Below, piece by piece: positions 28,834 through 38,424 of a stretch of DNA of 43,825 bases (positions are counted from its first letter, which is position 1; every line of letters starts with the position of its first letter). The position numbers were made by a program, and so were the translations under genes. Origin of the DNA: an uncultured bacterium (GTDB lineage Bacteria; Edwardsbacteria; AC1; EtOH8); contig CAWAAX010000020.1 in the NCBI GenBank assembly GCA_963780225.1, positions 1 through 43,825 of the forward strand. The letters run 5' to 3'. The notes beneath the pieces are model-generated. The model was given only the letters and a program-made list of their open reading frames with translations, searched no databases and had not been told where the DNA came from.

Positions 28834-29715
28834 ATGCCTGCACCAAAACGAGGGCTGGGCAAGGGGCTTTCGGCCCTGATCCCGGCCAAAACAACAAAAA
28901 TATTACCGGCCAGCCATCCCGAAGGCCTGGAGCGGTTCCTCAAGGTCTCGGAGATAAAACCCAACCGCTTTCAGCCCCGCCGCAGCATCAAAGATGAATC
29001 GCTGGCGGAGCTGGCCGAGTCCATCCGGGAGAAGGGCGTGATCGAGCCGGTGATTGTCCGGCGGAGCGGGTCCGGCTACGAGCTGATCGCCGGCGAGCGC
29101 CGTTTTAGGGCGGTGCAGAAGCTGGGTCTGCCCGAGATCCCGGCCATCATCCGCCAGGCCACCGACCAGGAGGCCCTTGAACTGGCGCTGATAGAGAACA
29201 TCCAGCGCGAGAACCTGAACCCGGTGGACGAGGCCAAGGGTTACGAACGGCTGCAGAAGGAATTCACCCTAACCCAGGAGGCTTTGGCCAAAAAGGTCGG
29301 CAAGGAGCGTTCTACCGTGGCCAACAGCTTAAGGCTTTTGACCCTGCCGGCCGAGGTCCAAAAATTGCTGGAGGACGAAAAGCTTTCCGCCGGGCACGCC
29401 CGGGCCATATTGATGGCCGGGAATCCGGCCCGTCAGACCAGCCTGGCCAAAGAGATCGTTGCCAAGGGTCTTTCGGTGCGGGAGGCCGAGGCCAAGGCCA
29501 GGGGCGAAACCGGAAAACAAACGCCCGGGCCGGTTCCGGCAAAGAACAAAAATTTGGACCAGCACCTCTCCAATATCCAGAACGAAATGCAGCGGGCGCT
29601 GGGTACCAAGGTCCGCCTGGTGCCCAAGGGCAAGGCCAAGGGGAAGATAGAGATCGAGTATTACTCGTCCGAGGATTTTGAAAGAATAATGGAACGGTTG
29701 AAGATAAAGGTTTAG
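28834..29715 (+). CDS. parB: Chromosome partitioning protein ParB/Spo0J
   Basis: RGLGKGLSALI, PNRFQPR, YELIAGERRFRA, ALIENIQRENLNPVDEA, GKERSTVANSLRLL, LSAGHARA. Confidence 0.97.
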   Translation: MPAPKRGLGKGLSALIPAKTTKILPASHPEGLERFLKVSEIKPNRFQPRRSIKDESLAELAESIREKGVIEPVIVRRSGSGYELIAGERRFRAVQKLGLPEIPAIIRQATDQEALELALIENIQRENLNPVDEAKGYERLQKEFTLTQEALAKKVGKERSTVANSLRLLTLPAEVQKLLEDEKLSAGHARAILMAGNPARQTSLAKEIVAKGLSVREAEAKARGETGKQTPGPVPAKNKNLDQHLSNIQNEMQRALGTKVRLVPKGKAKGKIEIEYYSSEDFERIMERLKIKV

Positions 29716-29846
29716 ACCCCTCCACTTCGGAAGATTAAATTGAAAGCCCTTCTCAGTGCAGCGCCCATCCCTACCCGCATCGGAGCGGGGACAGAGTAAT
29801 GTTCAGAGTTTATTGTGATGATGTCCACCGGAAAAAGGAGCATTGT

Positions 29847-30329
29847 ATGGAGATCAAAATAGCATCCATCACCAAGCCCGAGGACGTCAACTTCATCCTG
29901 GGGCAGACCCACTTCATCAAAACAGTGGAAGACCTGTACGAGATACTGGTCTCGGCCGTGCCGGGGATCAAGTTCGGCCTGGCATTCTGCGAGGCATCGG
30001 GCGCCTGCCTGATCAGACATGAAGGAACTGACGATGAGATGGTCAAACTGGCGGTCGACAACGCCAAGGCGATCGGGGCCGGGCACAGCTTCATCATCTT
30101 CCTTAAGAACGCCTACCCCATCAACGTCCTCAATGCGGTCAAGAACTGCCCCGAGGTCTGCCGGATCTTCTGCGCCACCGCCAACCCCTGCCAGGTGATC
30201 ATTGCCGAGAGCGAGCAGGGCCGGGGGATCCTGGGCGTGATAGACGGCTTCTCTCCCAAGGGGGTGGAGGATGAAGAGGGCAAGACCTGGCGGAAGGAAC
30301 TGCTGAGAAAGATAGGATACAAACGATAA
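29847..30329 (+). CDS. Adenosine-specific kinase family protein (DUF355-like)
   Basis: NFILGQTHFIKTVEDLYE, FGLAFCEASG, YPINVLN, IFCATANP, GRGILGVIDG; AAGGAG RBS. Confidence 0.88.
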   Translation: MEIKIASITKPEDVNFILGQTHFIKTVEDLYEILVSAVPGIKFGLAFCEASGACLIRHEGTDDEMVKLAVDNAKAIGAGHSFIIFLKNAYPINVLNAVKNCPEVCRIFCATANPCQVIIAESEQGRGILGVIDGFSPKGVEDEEGKTWRKELLRKIGYKR

Positions 30330-30461
30330 TTACTAAGCACAAAACACTAAACCCTAAATAAACACCAATGACCAAAGCGTCCGATTACCCAAACAGTTTG
30401 TAGTTTTAGAGATCAACAAGTTTGAGCTTGTTTAGTTTTCAGTGATTAGAGTTTAGAAATT
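30328..30461. repeat. Long imperfect AT-rich inverted repeat with ~7-nt periodicity
   Basis: AATTACTAAGCACAAAACACTAAACCCTAAATAA.. pairs loosely with ..TTGTTTAGTTTTCAGTGATTAGAGTTTAGAAATT. Confidence 0.55.
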
Positions 30462-30503
30462 AACAAAGTCCAGCAACAAATTGAATCTGTATAAGGATCA
30501 AAT

Positions 30504-32957
30504 TTGTACATCAAAGATTTCAACAAACCAGCCCTGATCTATAAGGGCCAAAACATATCCTACGCCCAGACCATAGCCGCGGTCAAAACCCTTGCCGCCG
30601 GTTATCAATTGAAAAAAGGCGAGCGGGCGGCCATCTTTGCCGAGAACCGTCCGGAGTGGGTCTATTCGCTGTTCTCGGTCTGGGAGAAAAGCGGCATCGC
30701 GGTTCCCATCGACTATCTGTCCCCGGCCGACGAGGTGGGGTACATTCTTAACGACTGCCGCCCGGAGATAATATTTTGCTCCGAAAAGACCAAAGAGGTC
30801 ACGGCCGCGGCCGTGGCCGGACTGAAGGACGGATACCGTCCAAAAATATCGGTCTTCGAGGAACTGCCCAAGGCCGGGGCCGCCCCGGTCCAGGAGCCGG
30901 TGAGCTACGACATCCACGACACCGCCATCATCATCTACACCTCCGGCACCACCGGCAGCCCCAAGGGCGTGATGCTGACCCACGACAACCTGCACTCCAA
31001 CATCGAGGCGGTGGTGGACGGCGCCAAAATATTCAAAGACAGTGACAGGTTGCTGGCCATCCTGCCGTTCCATCACATATTCCCTCTGATGGGGACCATC
31101 ATGGCGCCGTTGTCCTGCGGCGGCACTTTGGTCATTCTGGAAAAGATATCATCCGAAGACATCCTGAACGCCTTCAAGGAATACAAGATCACCATCGTCA
31201 TCGGAGTGCCCCGGCTTTACCGGCTGTTTCACAAGGGGCTGATGGACAAGATTAACGCCAGCCCGGCCGCCAAAATACTGCTGAAGATCTCCCGTCGCCT
31301 AAAGTCCCTGGCCTTCGGCCGGCTGGTATTCAAAAAAGCTCAGGAGGCCTTTGGCGGCAGCATCACCTACTTCGTCTCCGGCGGGGCCAAGCTGGACGAG
31401 CAGGTGGGGGGCGACCTTTACGCCCTGGGCTTCGAGATCCTGGAGGGTTTCGGCATGACCGAGGCCGCCCCCATGATCACCTTCACCCGGCCGGGACAGG
31501 TGAAGATCGGCTCGCCCGGCACCCCCACCACCCAGACCGAGGTCAGGATCGAGGACGGCGAGGTGCTGGCCCGGGGCCGCAATATCATGAAAGGCTACTA
31601 CAACCGGCCGGAGGAGACCGCCGCCATCCTTAAGAACGGCTGGCTGCACACCGGGGACCAGGGGCGCCTGGACAGCAAGAACCGGCTGTACATCACCGGG
31701 CGCAAGAAGGAGATCATAGTCCTCTCCAACGGCAAGAACATCAACCCCGAGGAGATCGAGAACCGCATCCTGTTGATCTCCCCGCTAATCAAGGAGATCG
31801 GGGTCTATTCCCGGGACGAAAAACTGGGGGCGGTGATCCACCCCGACCTGCAGGCGGTGAAAAAGGAGCAGGTGGTCAACCTGCGCGAGACCATCAAGTG
31901 GCTGGTGCTGGACAAATTCAACCTGACGGTTCCCAGTTACAAGAAGATCCACCATTTTACCCTGGTCACCAGCGAACTGCCCAAGACCCGGCTGGGCAAG
32001 CTCAAAAGATTCCTGCTGCCCCACATGGACGTCAAGAAGGCCGAAGACCACCAACAGAAACCCGACCCTGGCACCGTGGAATACCGGGCATTAAAAGTCT
32101 ATCTGGAAAAAGCGTTAGATCAAAAAGTTTATCCCGAACAGCACCTGGAATACGACCTGGGGCTGGATTCGCTGGGCAAGATAGAGCTGGATCTGTTCCT
32201 GGAGAAAAGCTTCGGGATGAAGCTGGACGAAGAGGACTCAGTTGCCCATCACACGGTAGAAGGACTGAGCCTGCTGATAGCCGGGCAAAAATCCCAGGCC
32301 CGGGAGGAAAATTCCGACTGGCACAGCACCCTGCAGGAAAAAATAAAATTTGAGCTGCCCCAAAGCATTTTCATGCAGCAGTTCTTGAAGGTGATGGCCT
32401 CCCCGCTTTTCCGTCTCTACTTCAGTCTTAATGGAACAGGGCAGGACAAACTGCCGACGTCGCCGTTCATCCTGGCGCCCAATCACCAAAGCTTTTTGGA
32501 CGGGCTGTTCCTCTCCATTCTTTTGCCGGACAAGGTTCTTAAAAACACTTATTTCTTGGCCGCCGGCAAACACGTCAAGACGCCGCTGACACGGTTCTAC
32601 GCCCGCCACAGCAACATGCTGGTGATGGACATCAACCGCGACCTGAAGAAGACGTTGCAGCAGGCGGCCGCAGCCATCAGAGAGGGCAAGAACCTGGCCA
32701 TCTTCCCCGAGGGGGCCCGCAGCCGGGACGGCAATCTGCTGGAATTCAAAAAGACCTTCGCCATACTAAGCAGGGAACTGCAGGTGCCGGTGGTGCCGGT
32801 AGCCGTCTCCGGGGCCTATGCCGCTTTTCCCATCGGCCGCAAACTGCCCAAGGCCGGAAAGATATCGCTGAAGTTCCTTTCGCCGATCTATCCCGGGGAG
32901 ATGGACTACCAGCAGATCGCAGACAAGACCAGGGAGGCCATAGCCGGGAATCTTTGA
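30504..32957 (+). CDS. Long-chain acyl-CoA/ACP synthetase, acyl carrier domain and PlsC-type acyltransferase fusion (Aas-like)
   Basis: YTSGTTGSPKG, EGFGMTE, WLHTGD; DLGLDSL (phosphopantetheine Ser); NHQSFLD and FPEGARS. Confidence 0.93.
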   Translation: MYIKDFNKPALIYKGQNISYAQTIAAVKTLAAGYQLKKGERAAIFAENRPEWVYSLFSVWEKSGIAVPIDYLSPADEVGYILNDCRPEIIFCSEKTKEVTAAAVAGLKDGYRPKISVFEELPKAGAAPVQEPVSYDIHDTAIIIYTSGTTGSPKGVMLTHDNLHSNIEAVVDGAKIFKDSDRLLAILPFHHIFPLMGTIMAPLSCGGTLVILEKISSEDILNAFKEYKITIVIGVPRLYRLFHKGLMDKINASPAAKILLKISRRLKSLAFGRLVFKKAQEAFGGSITYFVSGGAKLDEQVGGDLYALGFEILEGFGMTEAAPMITFTRPGQVKIGSPGTPTTQTEVRIEDGEVLARGRNIMKGYYNRPEETAAILKNGWLHTGDQGRLDSKNRLYITGRKKEIIVLSNGKNINPEEIENRILLISPLIKEIGVYSRDEKLGAVIHPDLQAVKKEQVVNLRETIKWLVLDKFNLTVPSYKKIHHFTLVTSELPKTRLGKLKRFLLPHMDVKKAEDHQQKPDPGTVEYRALKVYLEKALDQKVYPEQHLEYDLGLDSLGKIELDLFLEKSFGMKLDEEDSVAHHTVEGLSLLIAGQKSQAREENSDWHSTLQEKIKFELPQSIFMQQFLKVMASPLFRLYFSLNGTGQDKLPTSPFILAPNHQSFLDGLFLSILLPDKVLKNTYFLAAGKHVKTPLTRFYARHSNMLVMDINRDLKKTLQQAAAAIREGKNLAIFPEGARSRDGNLLEFKKTFAILSRELQVPVVPVAVSGAYAAFPIGRKLPKAGKISLKFLSPIYPGEMDYQQIADKTREAIAGNL

Positions 32958-33046
32958 CCTTGGACAAGGGATGAAAACATTTGCTAAAACCCCCCAGTAA
33001 TTAAAACGGATAAACTTTATCAAACGGCAATTAAAGGAGGACTGAA

Positions 33047-33265
33047 ATGTCAAGCTGTGAATGTTTAGCCGGCTGTCCGTTCTTTAACGACAAAATGGAT
33101 GATATGCCGTCCCTGGCCGCTATTTACAAAAACAGATACTGCCAAAACGATTTTGATTCCTGCGCCCGGCACATGGTGTTCAAAGCCTTGGGCAGGGACA
33201 AGGTACCAAAGGATCTTTTCCCTAACCAGCTGAGCCTGGCCCAGGAACTGATAAAAGGCAAATGA
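33047..33265 (+). CDS. Small Cys-rich hypothetical protein (72 aa)
   Basis: AAGGAGG RBS; CECLAGCPFF..YCQNDFDSCAR..DLFPN. Confidence 0.75.
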   Translation: MSSCECLAGCPFFNDKMDDMPSLAAIYKNRYCQNDFDSCARHMVFKALGRDKVPKDLFPNQLSLAQELIKGK

Positions 33266-33331
33266 GGCGGGAATAACAGAACCATAGCGGCACCCAAATT
33301 TCTAATCCCAACAATCTGTTCCCTATCGTAT

Positions 33332-34180
33332 ATGCGCTGTTGTGTGATATATTTTTCCCAGACCGGGAACACCCGCCAGGTGGCCGAGACCATCCAGGAG
33401 GCCCTGGCGGCCCAGGCCGGCTCCTGCGCGTTGGTGCGGCTGGAGGATGCCGACCCGCTGCTGGTGGAGCGCTATGACCTGATAGGTCTGGGGGCCCCGG
33501 CTTTTTATTTTAGGGAGCCGTACAATGTCCAGAAGTTCCTGGAGGAACTGCCGGACCATTCCGGCAAGCCAAAACCCTTCTTCTTTTTTGTGACCCACGG
33601 CGGCACCCCGGGGGCAATATCCCAAAGGATCTGCGCCCTGGCCGCCCGGCAAGGCTTTGTGACTCTTGACTTTTACCAATGTTTGGGATATGATACATAT
33701 CCGCCTTTTGCCGCAAGGGTCCCGGCCTCGGGGGCCGGGCACCCCGACCAGCAGGACCTGGAAAGGGCAAAGATTTTCGCCGCGGAGGTGCTGGCCAAGG
33801 CCCAGCAGTTTGCCCAGGATCCAAAAACCGGCAGCTGTTCCCAGCCCGGCGGTTTTTTGAACCGGGCCGTGGCCGGAATGTTCAGTCATCAGGCTTTATT
33901 GCGGCACATGAGAACGGGGCTGCTGCCCCGGAAGAACTTAATAAAAGAACTCTGCACCAAGTGCGGCCTTTGCGCCGAGCAGTGTCCCACCAATGTCATC
34001 AGCCTGGATCCGTATCCGGTTTTCAGGGAAGAGGAATGCATAGCCTGCTACCAGTGCGAGCGCATCTGCCCCGAAGGGGCATATAAAAACAATTGGACCC
34101 TTTTCAAACTATTAACCGGAGAGTATCTTCATCAACTTTTGTCAAAATTATTTCACCGGCAGAAAAACCCCAAACCTTAG
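33332..34180 (+). CDS. Flavodoxin-like plus 2x[4Fe-4S] ferredoxin protein (EFR1-like)
   Basis: YFSQTGNT; CTKCGLCAEQCP and CIACYQCERICP. Confidence 0.9.
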   Translation: MRCCVIYFSQTGNTRQVAETIQEALAAQAGSCALVRLEDADPLLVERYDLIGLGAPAFYFREPYNVQKFLEELPDHSGKPKPFFFFVTHGGTPGAISQRICALAARQGFVTLDFYQCLGYDTYPPFAARVPASGAGHPDQQDLERAKIFAAEVLAKAQQFAQDPKTGSCSQPGGFLNRAVAGMFSHQALLRHMRTGLLPRKNLIKELCTKCGLCAEQCPTNVISLDPYPVFREEECIACYQCERICPEGAYKNNWTLFKLLTGEYLHQLLSKLFHRQKNPKP

Positions 34181-34190
34181 GAGCGGTTGA

Positions 34191-35339
34191 ATGTCTTTAA
34201 AAACAAAGGGTCCCACAACCAAAAGCGAAACTCCCGAAGCCCCCAAGCCCAATCCCACGTTGGAGCTGGTAAAAAGGCTGACCCAGGTCTCGGGTCCCTC
34301 GGGCTACGAAGCCCGGGCGGCCAAGGCGGCCCTGGCGGAACTGAAGCCCTTTGCCGACCAGGTAAAGATAGACAAGATGGGCAGCGTGGCCGCCTTCAAG
34401 AAAGGCTCGGGCCCCAAGGCTTCCGGCAAAAAGATACTTTTAGCCGCCCACCTGGACGAGATCGGTCTTTTGGTGACCAGGATCGAGGAGGGCGGTTTTC
34501 TGCGCTTTACCGAGATAGGCGGGTTTGATATCAGAGTCCTGTTAAGCCAGGAAGTGGTGGTCCACCCGGTGGGCCGGCTGGGGCCGGGCACCGAAAAATT
34601 CTACCCCGGGATCATCGGGGCCAAGCCGCCGCACTTTCAGACCCCCGAGGAAAGCCATCAGGTGATAGCCCTGGCCGACCTCTACATAGACCTGGGGATG
34701 GAGGAAAAAGAAGTGCGGACCAAGATCTCGGTCGGCGATGTGGTGACCATGCGGATGCCTTTTACAAACTTAAAGAACGATCGAGCCGCCGGCAAGGCCA
34801 TGGACGACCGGGCCTGCATAGCAGTGATGGTGAAGACCCTGGAACTGCTTAAAAAAATGCGCCACAGCTGGGACGTATATGCCGTGGCCACGGTGCAGGA
34901 AGAAGCGGGCTGGGGCTGCCTGGGCGCATTGACCGCAACCTATAATGTGAATCCGGACATCGGCATCGCCATAGACGTGACCCACGCCGACATGCCGCTG
35001 GCCTCCGAGACCGAGACCGTGCCTTTGGGCAAAGGGCCCACCATTTCCATGGGGCCCAACCTGCACCCGGCGGTGGTGGACAAGCTGAAGGCCGTGGCCA
35101 AGGAAGAAGAGATCCCCTATCAGCTGGAGCCCTGCGCCGGGGTTACCGGCACCGACGCCATGGACATCCAGATCTCGCGCGAGGGGATACCCACCGGCCT
35201 GATAGGCCTGCCGCTGCGCTACATGCACACACCGGTGGAGACACTGGCGGCCTTTGATGTGGAGCGCTCTGCCCGGCTTTTAGCCAGGTTCATCGCCGAG
35301 CTGGACGACATCAAGCTGGAGTGGAAAGACGAGGACTGA
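34191..35339 (+). CDS. M42 family aminopeptidase (copy 1)
   Basis: AAHLDEIG, KAMDDR, VQEE, IAIDVT, GTDA, RYMHTP. Confidence 0.92.
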   Translation: MSLKTKGPTTKSETPEAPKPNPTLELVKRLTQVSGPSGYEARAAKAALAELKPFADQVKIDKMGSVAAFKKGSGPKASGKKILLAAHLDEIGLLVTRIEEGGFLRFTEIGGFDIRVLLSQEVVVHPVGRLGPGTEKFYPGIIGAKPPHFQTPEESHQVIALADLYIDLGMEEKEVRTKISVGDVVTMRMPFTNLKNDRAAGKAMDDRACIAVMVKTLELLKKMRHSWDVYAVATVQEEAGWGCLGALTATYNVNPDIGIAIDVTHADMPLASETETVPLGKGPTISMGPNLHPAVVDKLKAVAKEEEIPYQLEPCAGVTGTDAMDIQISREGIPTGLIGLPLRYMHTPVETLAAFDVERSARLLARFIAELDDIKLEWKDED

Positions 35340-35386
35340 ATAACGATTGCAAATTGAAAACTTGAAATTGCAAAATTAAGGAAACA

Positions 35387-36421
35387 ATGATAGACCTTAA
35401 ACTGATAGAACAACTGACCAACGCCTGGGGCGTCAGCGGCAACGAGAACCAGGTGCGCCAGATCATCCGGAAGCAGATCGAAAAGAACGTGGACGACATC
35501 CGGGTGGACGCCATGGGCAACCTGATCGCCTTCAAAAAAGCCAAAAGCTCCAAACTAAAAGCTCTAAAGGTGATGATCTCCGGCCACATGGACGAAGTGG
35601 GGCTGATGGTGACCTCCATCGACAAAGCCGGCTACCTGAAATTCGACAAGGTGGGCGGGATAGACGACCGGGTGCTGCTGGCCAAGCGGGTGCTGATCGG
35701 CAAGGACCGGATCCCGGGGGTGATCGGGGTCAAGCCCATCCACATGCTTTACCGCAAGGGCGAAGACAAAAAAGTTACCAGCCACGATGACCTATTCATA
35801 GACATCGGCGCCGCCAGCCAGGAAGAGGCCCAGCGCTGGGTTTCCATGGGCGACTACGTGATGTTCGATACTCCGTACGAGGACTGGGGCCCCCTGATCA
35901 AAGCCAAGGCCTTTGACGACCGGATCGGCTGCTACATGATGATAGAACTGCTGAAGAAAAGATACAACTTCGATCTTTACGCCGCCTTCACCACCCAGGA
36001 AGAAGTGGGCTTAAGGGGCGGCCGGGTGGCGGCCTACCGCCATTTGCCGGACATGGCCTTCATTCTGGAAGGGACCCCGGCCGGTGATTTCCCGCAGTCG
36101 CAGGTCAAGGACGTCAGCCGGACGCCGGCTCTGGGCAAGGGCCCGGTGATCACGGTGATGGACCGCACGGTATTCTGCGACAAGGGTCTGATCAAGCTTT
36201 TGACCGATACCGCCAAGACCAATAGGATCCCGGTCCAGATAAAGCGGCCGGGCACCGGCGGCACCGACGCCGGCCGGATCCACATGACCAAGGAGGGCGT
36301 CAGGACGGTGGTGCTGGCCATCCCCTCCCGCTACATCCACTCGCCGGTCTGCCTGATAAGCAAGCGGGACGTGACCGCCGGGATGAAGCTGATGGAAGAG
36401 ACCTTCAAGAAACTGCGGTAA
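35387..36421 (+). CDS. M42 family aminopeptidase (copy 2)
   Basis: SGHMDEVG, KAFDDR, TQEEVGLRG, GGTDAG, RYIHSP. Confidence 0.93.
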   Translation: MIDLKLIEQLTNAWGVSGNENQVRQIIRKQIEKNVDDIRVDAMGNLIAFKKAKSSKLKALKVMISGHMDEVGLMVTSIDKAGYLKFDKVGGIDDRVLLAKRVLIGKDRIPGVIGVKPIHMLYRKGEDKKVTSHDDLFIDIGAASQEEAQRWVSMGDYVMFDTPYEDWGPLIKAKAFDDRIGCYMMIELLKKRYNFDLYAAFTTQEEVGLRGGRVAAYRHLPDMAFILEGTPAGDFPQSQVKDVSRTPALGKGPVITVMDRTVFCDKGLIKLLTDTAKTNRIPVQIKRPGTGGTDAGRIHMTKEGVRTVVLAIPSRYIHSPVCLISKRDVTAGMKLMEETFKKLR

Positions 36422-36450
36422 ACCAATAATTTATTGTTTAGTGTGTTTAA

Positions 36451-36849
36451 ATGAAAACAAAAGCTCTATTAACATCGCTTGTTGTTTGCTTGCTTATGGG
36501 TTTTCATTGGCAATTAGGGCGGTCAAATATTGATAGAGTTGCTATTTTATTAGTGTACCCATTTATAATCGGTTTACTGTCGTATTGGTTATACGCTAAC
36601 ACACATTCTAAAATTAAGTGGTTTATTGTAATTGTTTTAATTGTTTTTAAACAAACAGTTCTGTTGTTATATTATGCCTTTGTTGTTGGTGAGTATAAGT
36701 ATATGAACTATGTTCCCGACGGATTGATATTGCTGATAGAAACCATAATTAGTTTAGTTATATCCTATTTAACGTTTTTACTTTTTATACTGTTTTATAA
36801 AAAAACCAATAATAAAAAAATTACAACAGAATTAGGAACATCCAAATGA
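36451..36849 (+). CDS. AT-rich hypothetical membrane protein (about 4 TM)
   Basis: Fills the gap between M42 genes; stop overlaps next ATG (ATGA); four hydrophobic stretches; much lower GC than flanks. Confidence 0.65.
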   Translation: MKTKALLTSLVVCLLMGFHWQLGRSNIDRVAILLVYPFIIGLLSYWLYANTHSKIKWFIVIVLIVFKQTVLLLYYAFVVGEYKYMNYVPDGLILLIETIISLVISYLTFLLFILFYKKTNNKKITTELGTSK

Positions 36850-37865
36850 AGGATATCATAAAGCGGCTGACCGAGACCTACGGCCCCTCCGGCAACGAGG
36901 AGCTCATCCGGGAACAGATCAAAAAGGAGATCAAGGGCCTGGCCAGCGAGGTGAAGACCGACGTGCTGGGCAACCTGATCGCTGTGAAAAAAGCCAAAAG
37001 CTCCAAGCTTAAAGCTTCAAAGGTAATGGTGGCCGCCCACATGGACGAGATCGGCTTCATCGTCACCCACATAGACAAACAGGGCTTTTTGCGGGTCTCC
37101 AACATCGGCGGCATCTACCTGCACAACGTGCTGGCCCAGCGGGTGATCTTCGCCAATGGCACGGTGGGCACCATCAACGAGGAACGGGCCGAGACCCCCT
37201 CCGAGGCCAAGCGGATGGACAAGCTGTACATCGACATTGGCGCCTCCACCAAGCGCGAGGCCGAGGCCAAGGTGGCGGTGGGAGACGTGGCCGGGTTCCA
37301 CCGCTGCTGTACCTTTTTGGGAAACCGGGCCATCGCCAAGTCCATGGACGACCGGATCGGTTGCGCCATCATGATCGAAGTGATGAAGAAACTGAAATCT
37401 TCGCCCAACGAAATTTACTTCGTTTTCACCACCCAGGAGGAAGTGGGCCTGCGCGGGGCCACCACCGCCGCCTTCGGGATCACTCCCGATCTGGGTATCG
37501 CGGTGGACGTCACCGGGGCTTTTGATACGCCGGACGAAAAACCCAAACTGCCCTCGGTACTGGGCGGCGGCGCGGCCATCAAGGTCAAGGACGCCGGGCT
37601 GCTGGCCCATCCGGCGGTGAAGAAGCTGATGATCGAGACCGCCAAGGCCAACAAGATCCCCTACCAGATGGACATCCTGGAAGGCGGGACCACCGACGGC
37701 GCCGCCATCTACATGACCAAGTCCGGCATACCCACCGGCGTGATCTCGGTGCCCACCCGCTATGTCCACTCGGCCTCGGAGATGGTGGACATGGTGGACG
37801 TCAAGGCTTCGGTGGACCTGCTGGTGAAAATGCTTTCACTGAATCTGAGCGCCAAGGGGTTTTAA
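36846..37865 (+). CDS. M42 family aminopeptidase (copy 3)
   Basis: AAHMDEIG, KSMDDR, TQEEVGLRGA, IAVDVT, GTTDG, RYVHSA. Confidence 0.93.
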   Translation: MKDIIKRLTETYGPSGNEELIREQIKKEIKGLASEVKTDVLGNLIAVKKAKSSKLKASKVMVAAHMDEIGFIVTHIDKQGFLRVSNIGGIYLHNVLAQRVIFANGTVGTINEERAETPSEAKRMDKLYIDIGASTKREAEAKVAVGDVAGFHRCCTFLGNRAIAKSMDDRIGCAIMIEVMKKLKSSPNEIYFVFTTQEEVGLRGATTAAFGITPDLGIAVDVTGAFDTPDEKPKLPSVLGGGAAIKVKDAGLLAHPAVKKLMIETAKANKIPYQMDILEGGTTDGAAIYMTKSGIPTGVISVPTRYVHSASEMVDMVDVKASVDLLVKMLSLNLSAKGF

Positions 37866-37948
37866 GACGTTTTGAAAAGAACCTTCTAAGGAAACCAGGA
37901 AACAAGGAAAATATATTTCCGGCTATTTCTGGGTTTTAAGAAAATAAG

Positions 37949-38316
37949 TGTAACTATTCAGGTCTTGATTGTAACGGATGTGTTTATTAACCGCACGTAG
38001 ACCGTGGCTTCGATAAGGCTTCGACAACAGCTTGGCCTATCAACTCAGCCCAGCGGACTTCGGCAGGGCTTCGGTATACTCAGCCTAACAGCTCAGTCGG
38101 GCCGCTCGGTGCAAACATTGCCACGACCTTCAGGTCGTGGCAGGAATTATATTAAATCCAGAGGGCTTTAGCCCCAGAGAAGCTTTAAAAATTAATTCGC
38201 CATCCGGGGTTGAAACCCCAAGAGTTTTTTCTGATCTTTCAGCCACGAGCTAAAGCTCGTGGCAATAGAATAACTTAAAACAGAGATGCCGTTTTATAAC
38301 GGCCTGAATAGGTACA
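37949..38316. mobile_element. MITE-like non-coding element containing nested REP-like palindromes
   Basis: Terminal TGTAACTATTCAGG / CCTGAATAGGTACA (13/14 inverted match); internal hairpins GCCACGACCTTCAGGTCGTGGC, GGGCTTTAGCCC, GGGGTTGAAACCCC, GCCACGAGCTAAAGCTCGTGGC; no TSD seen. Confidence 0.55.
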
Positions 38317-38424
38317 AACAACAGGTGTTCATCCGTGTCTGATCACTGTAGCCCCGCCATACTTTGGCTATGCTCAGTGTCCATCGGGGCATAAGCGGGT
38401 CCTATTATAAAACTTTGAGATCCA

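Noticed and set aside
29716..29846. Purine-sensing riboswitch before the adenosine-kinase-like gene
   Set aside because: Only a single REP-like hairpin is visible; purine riboswitch core motifs are absent.
37866..38420. CRISPR or other regular repeat-spacer array
   Set aside because: Palindromes differ in sequence and spacing; no constant repeat with unique spacers; no cas genes.
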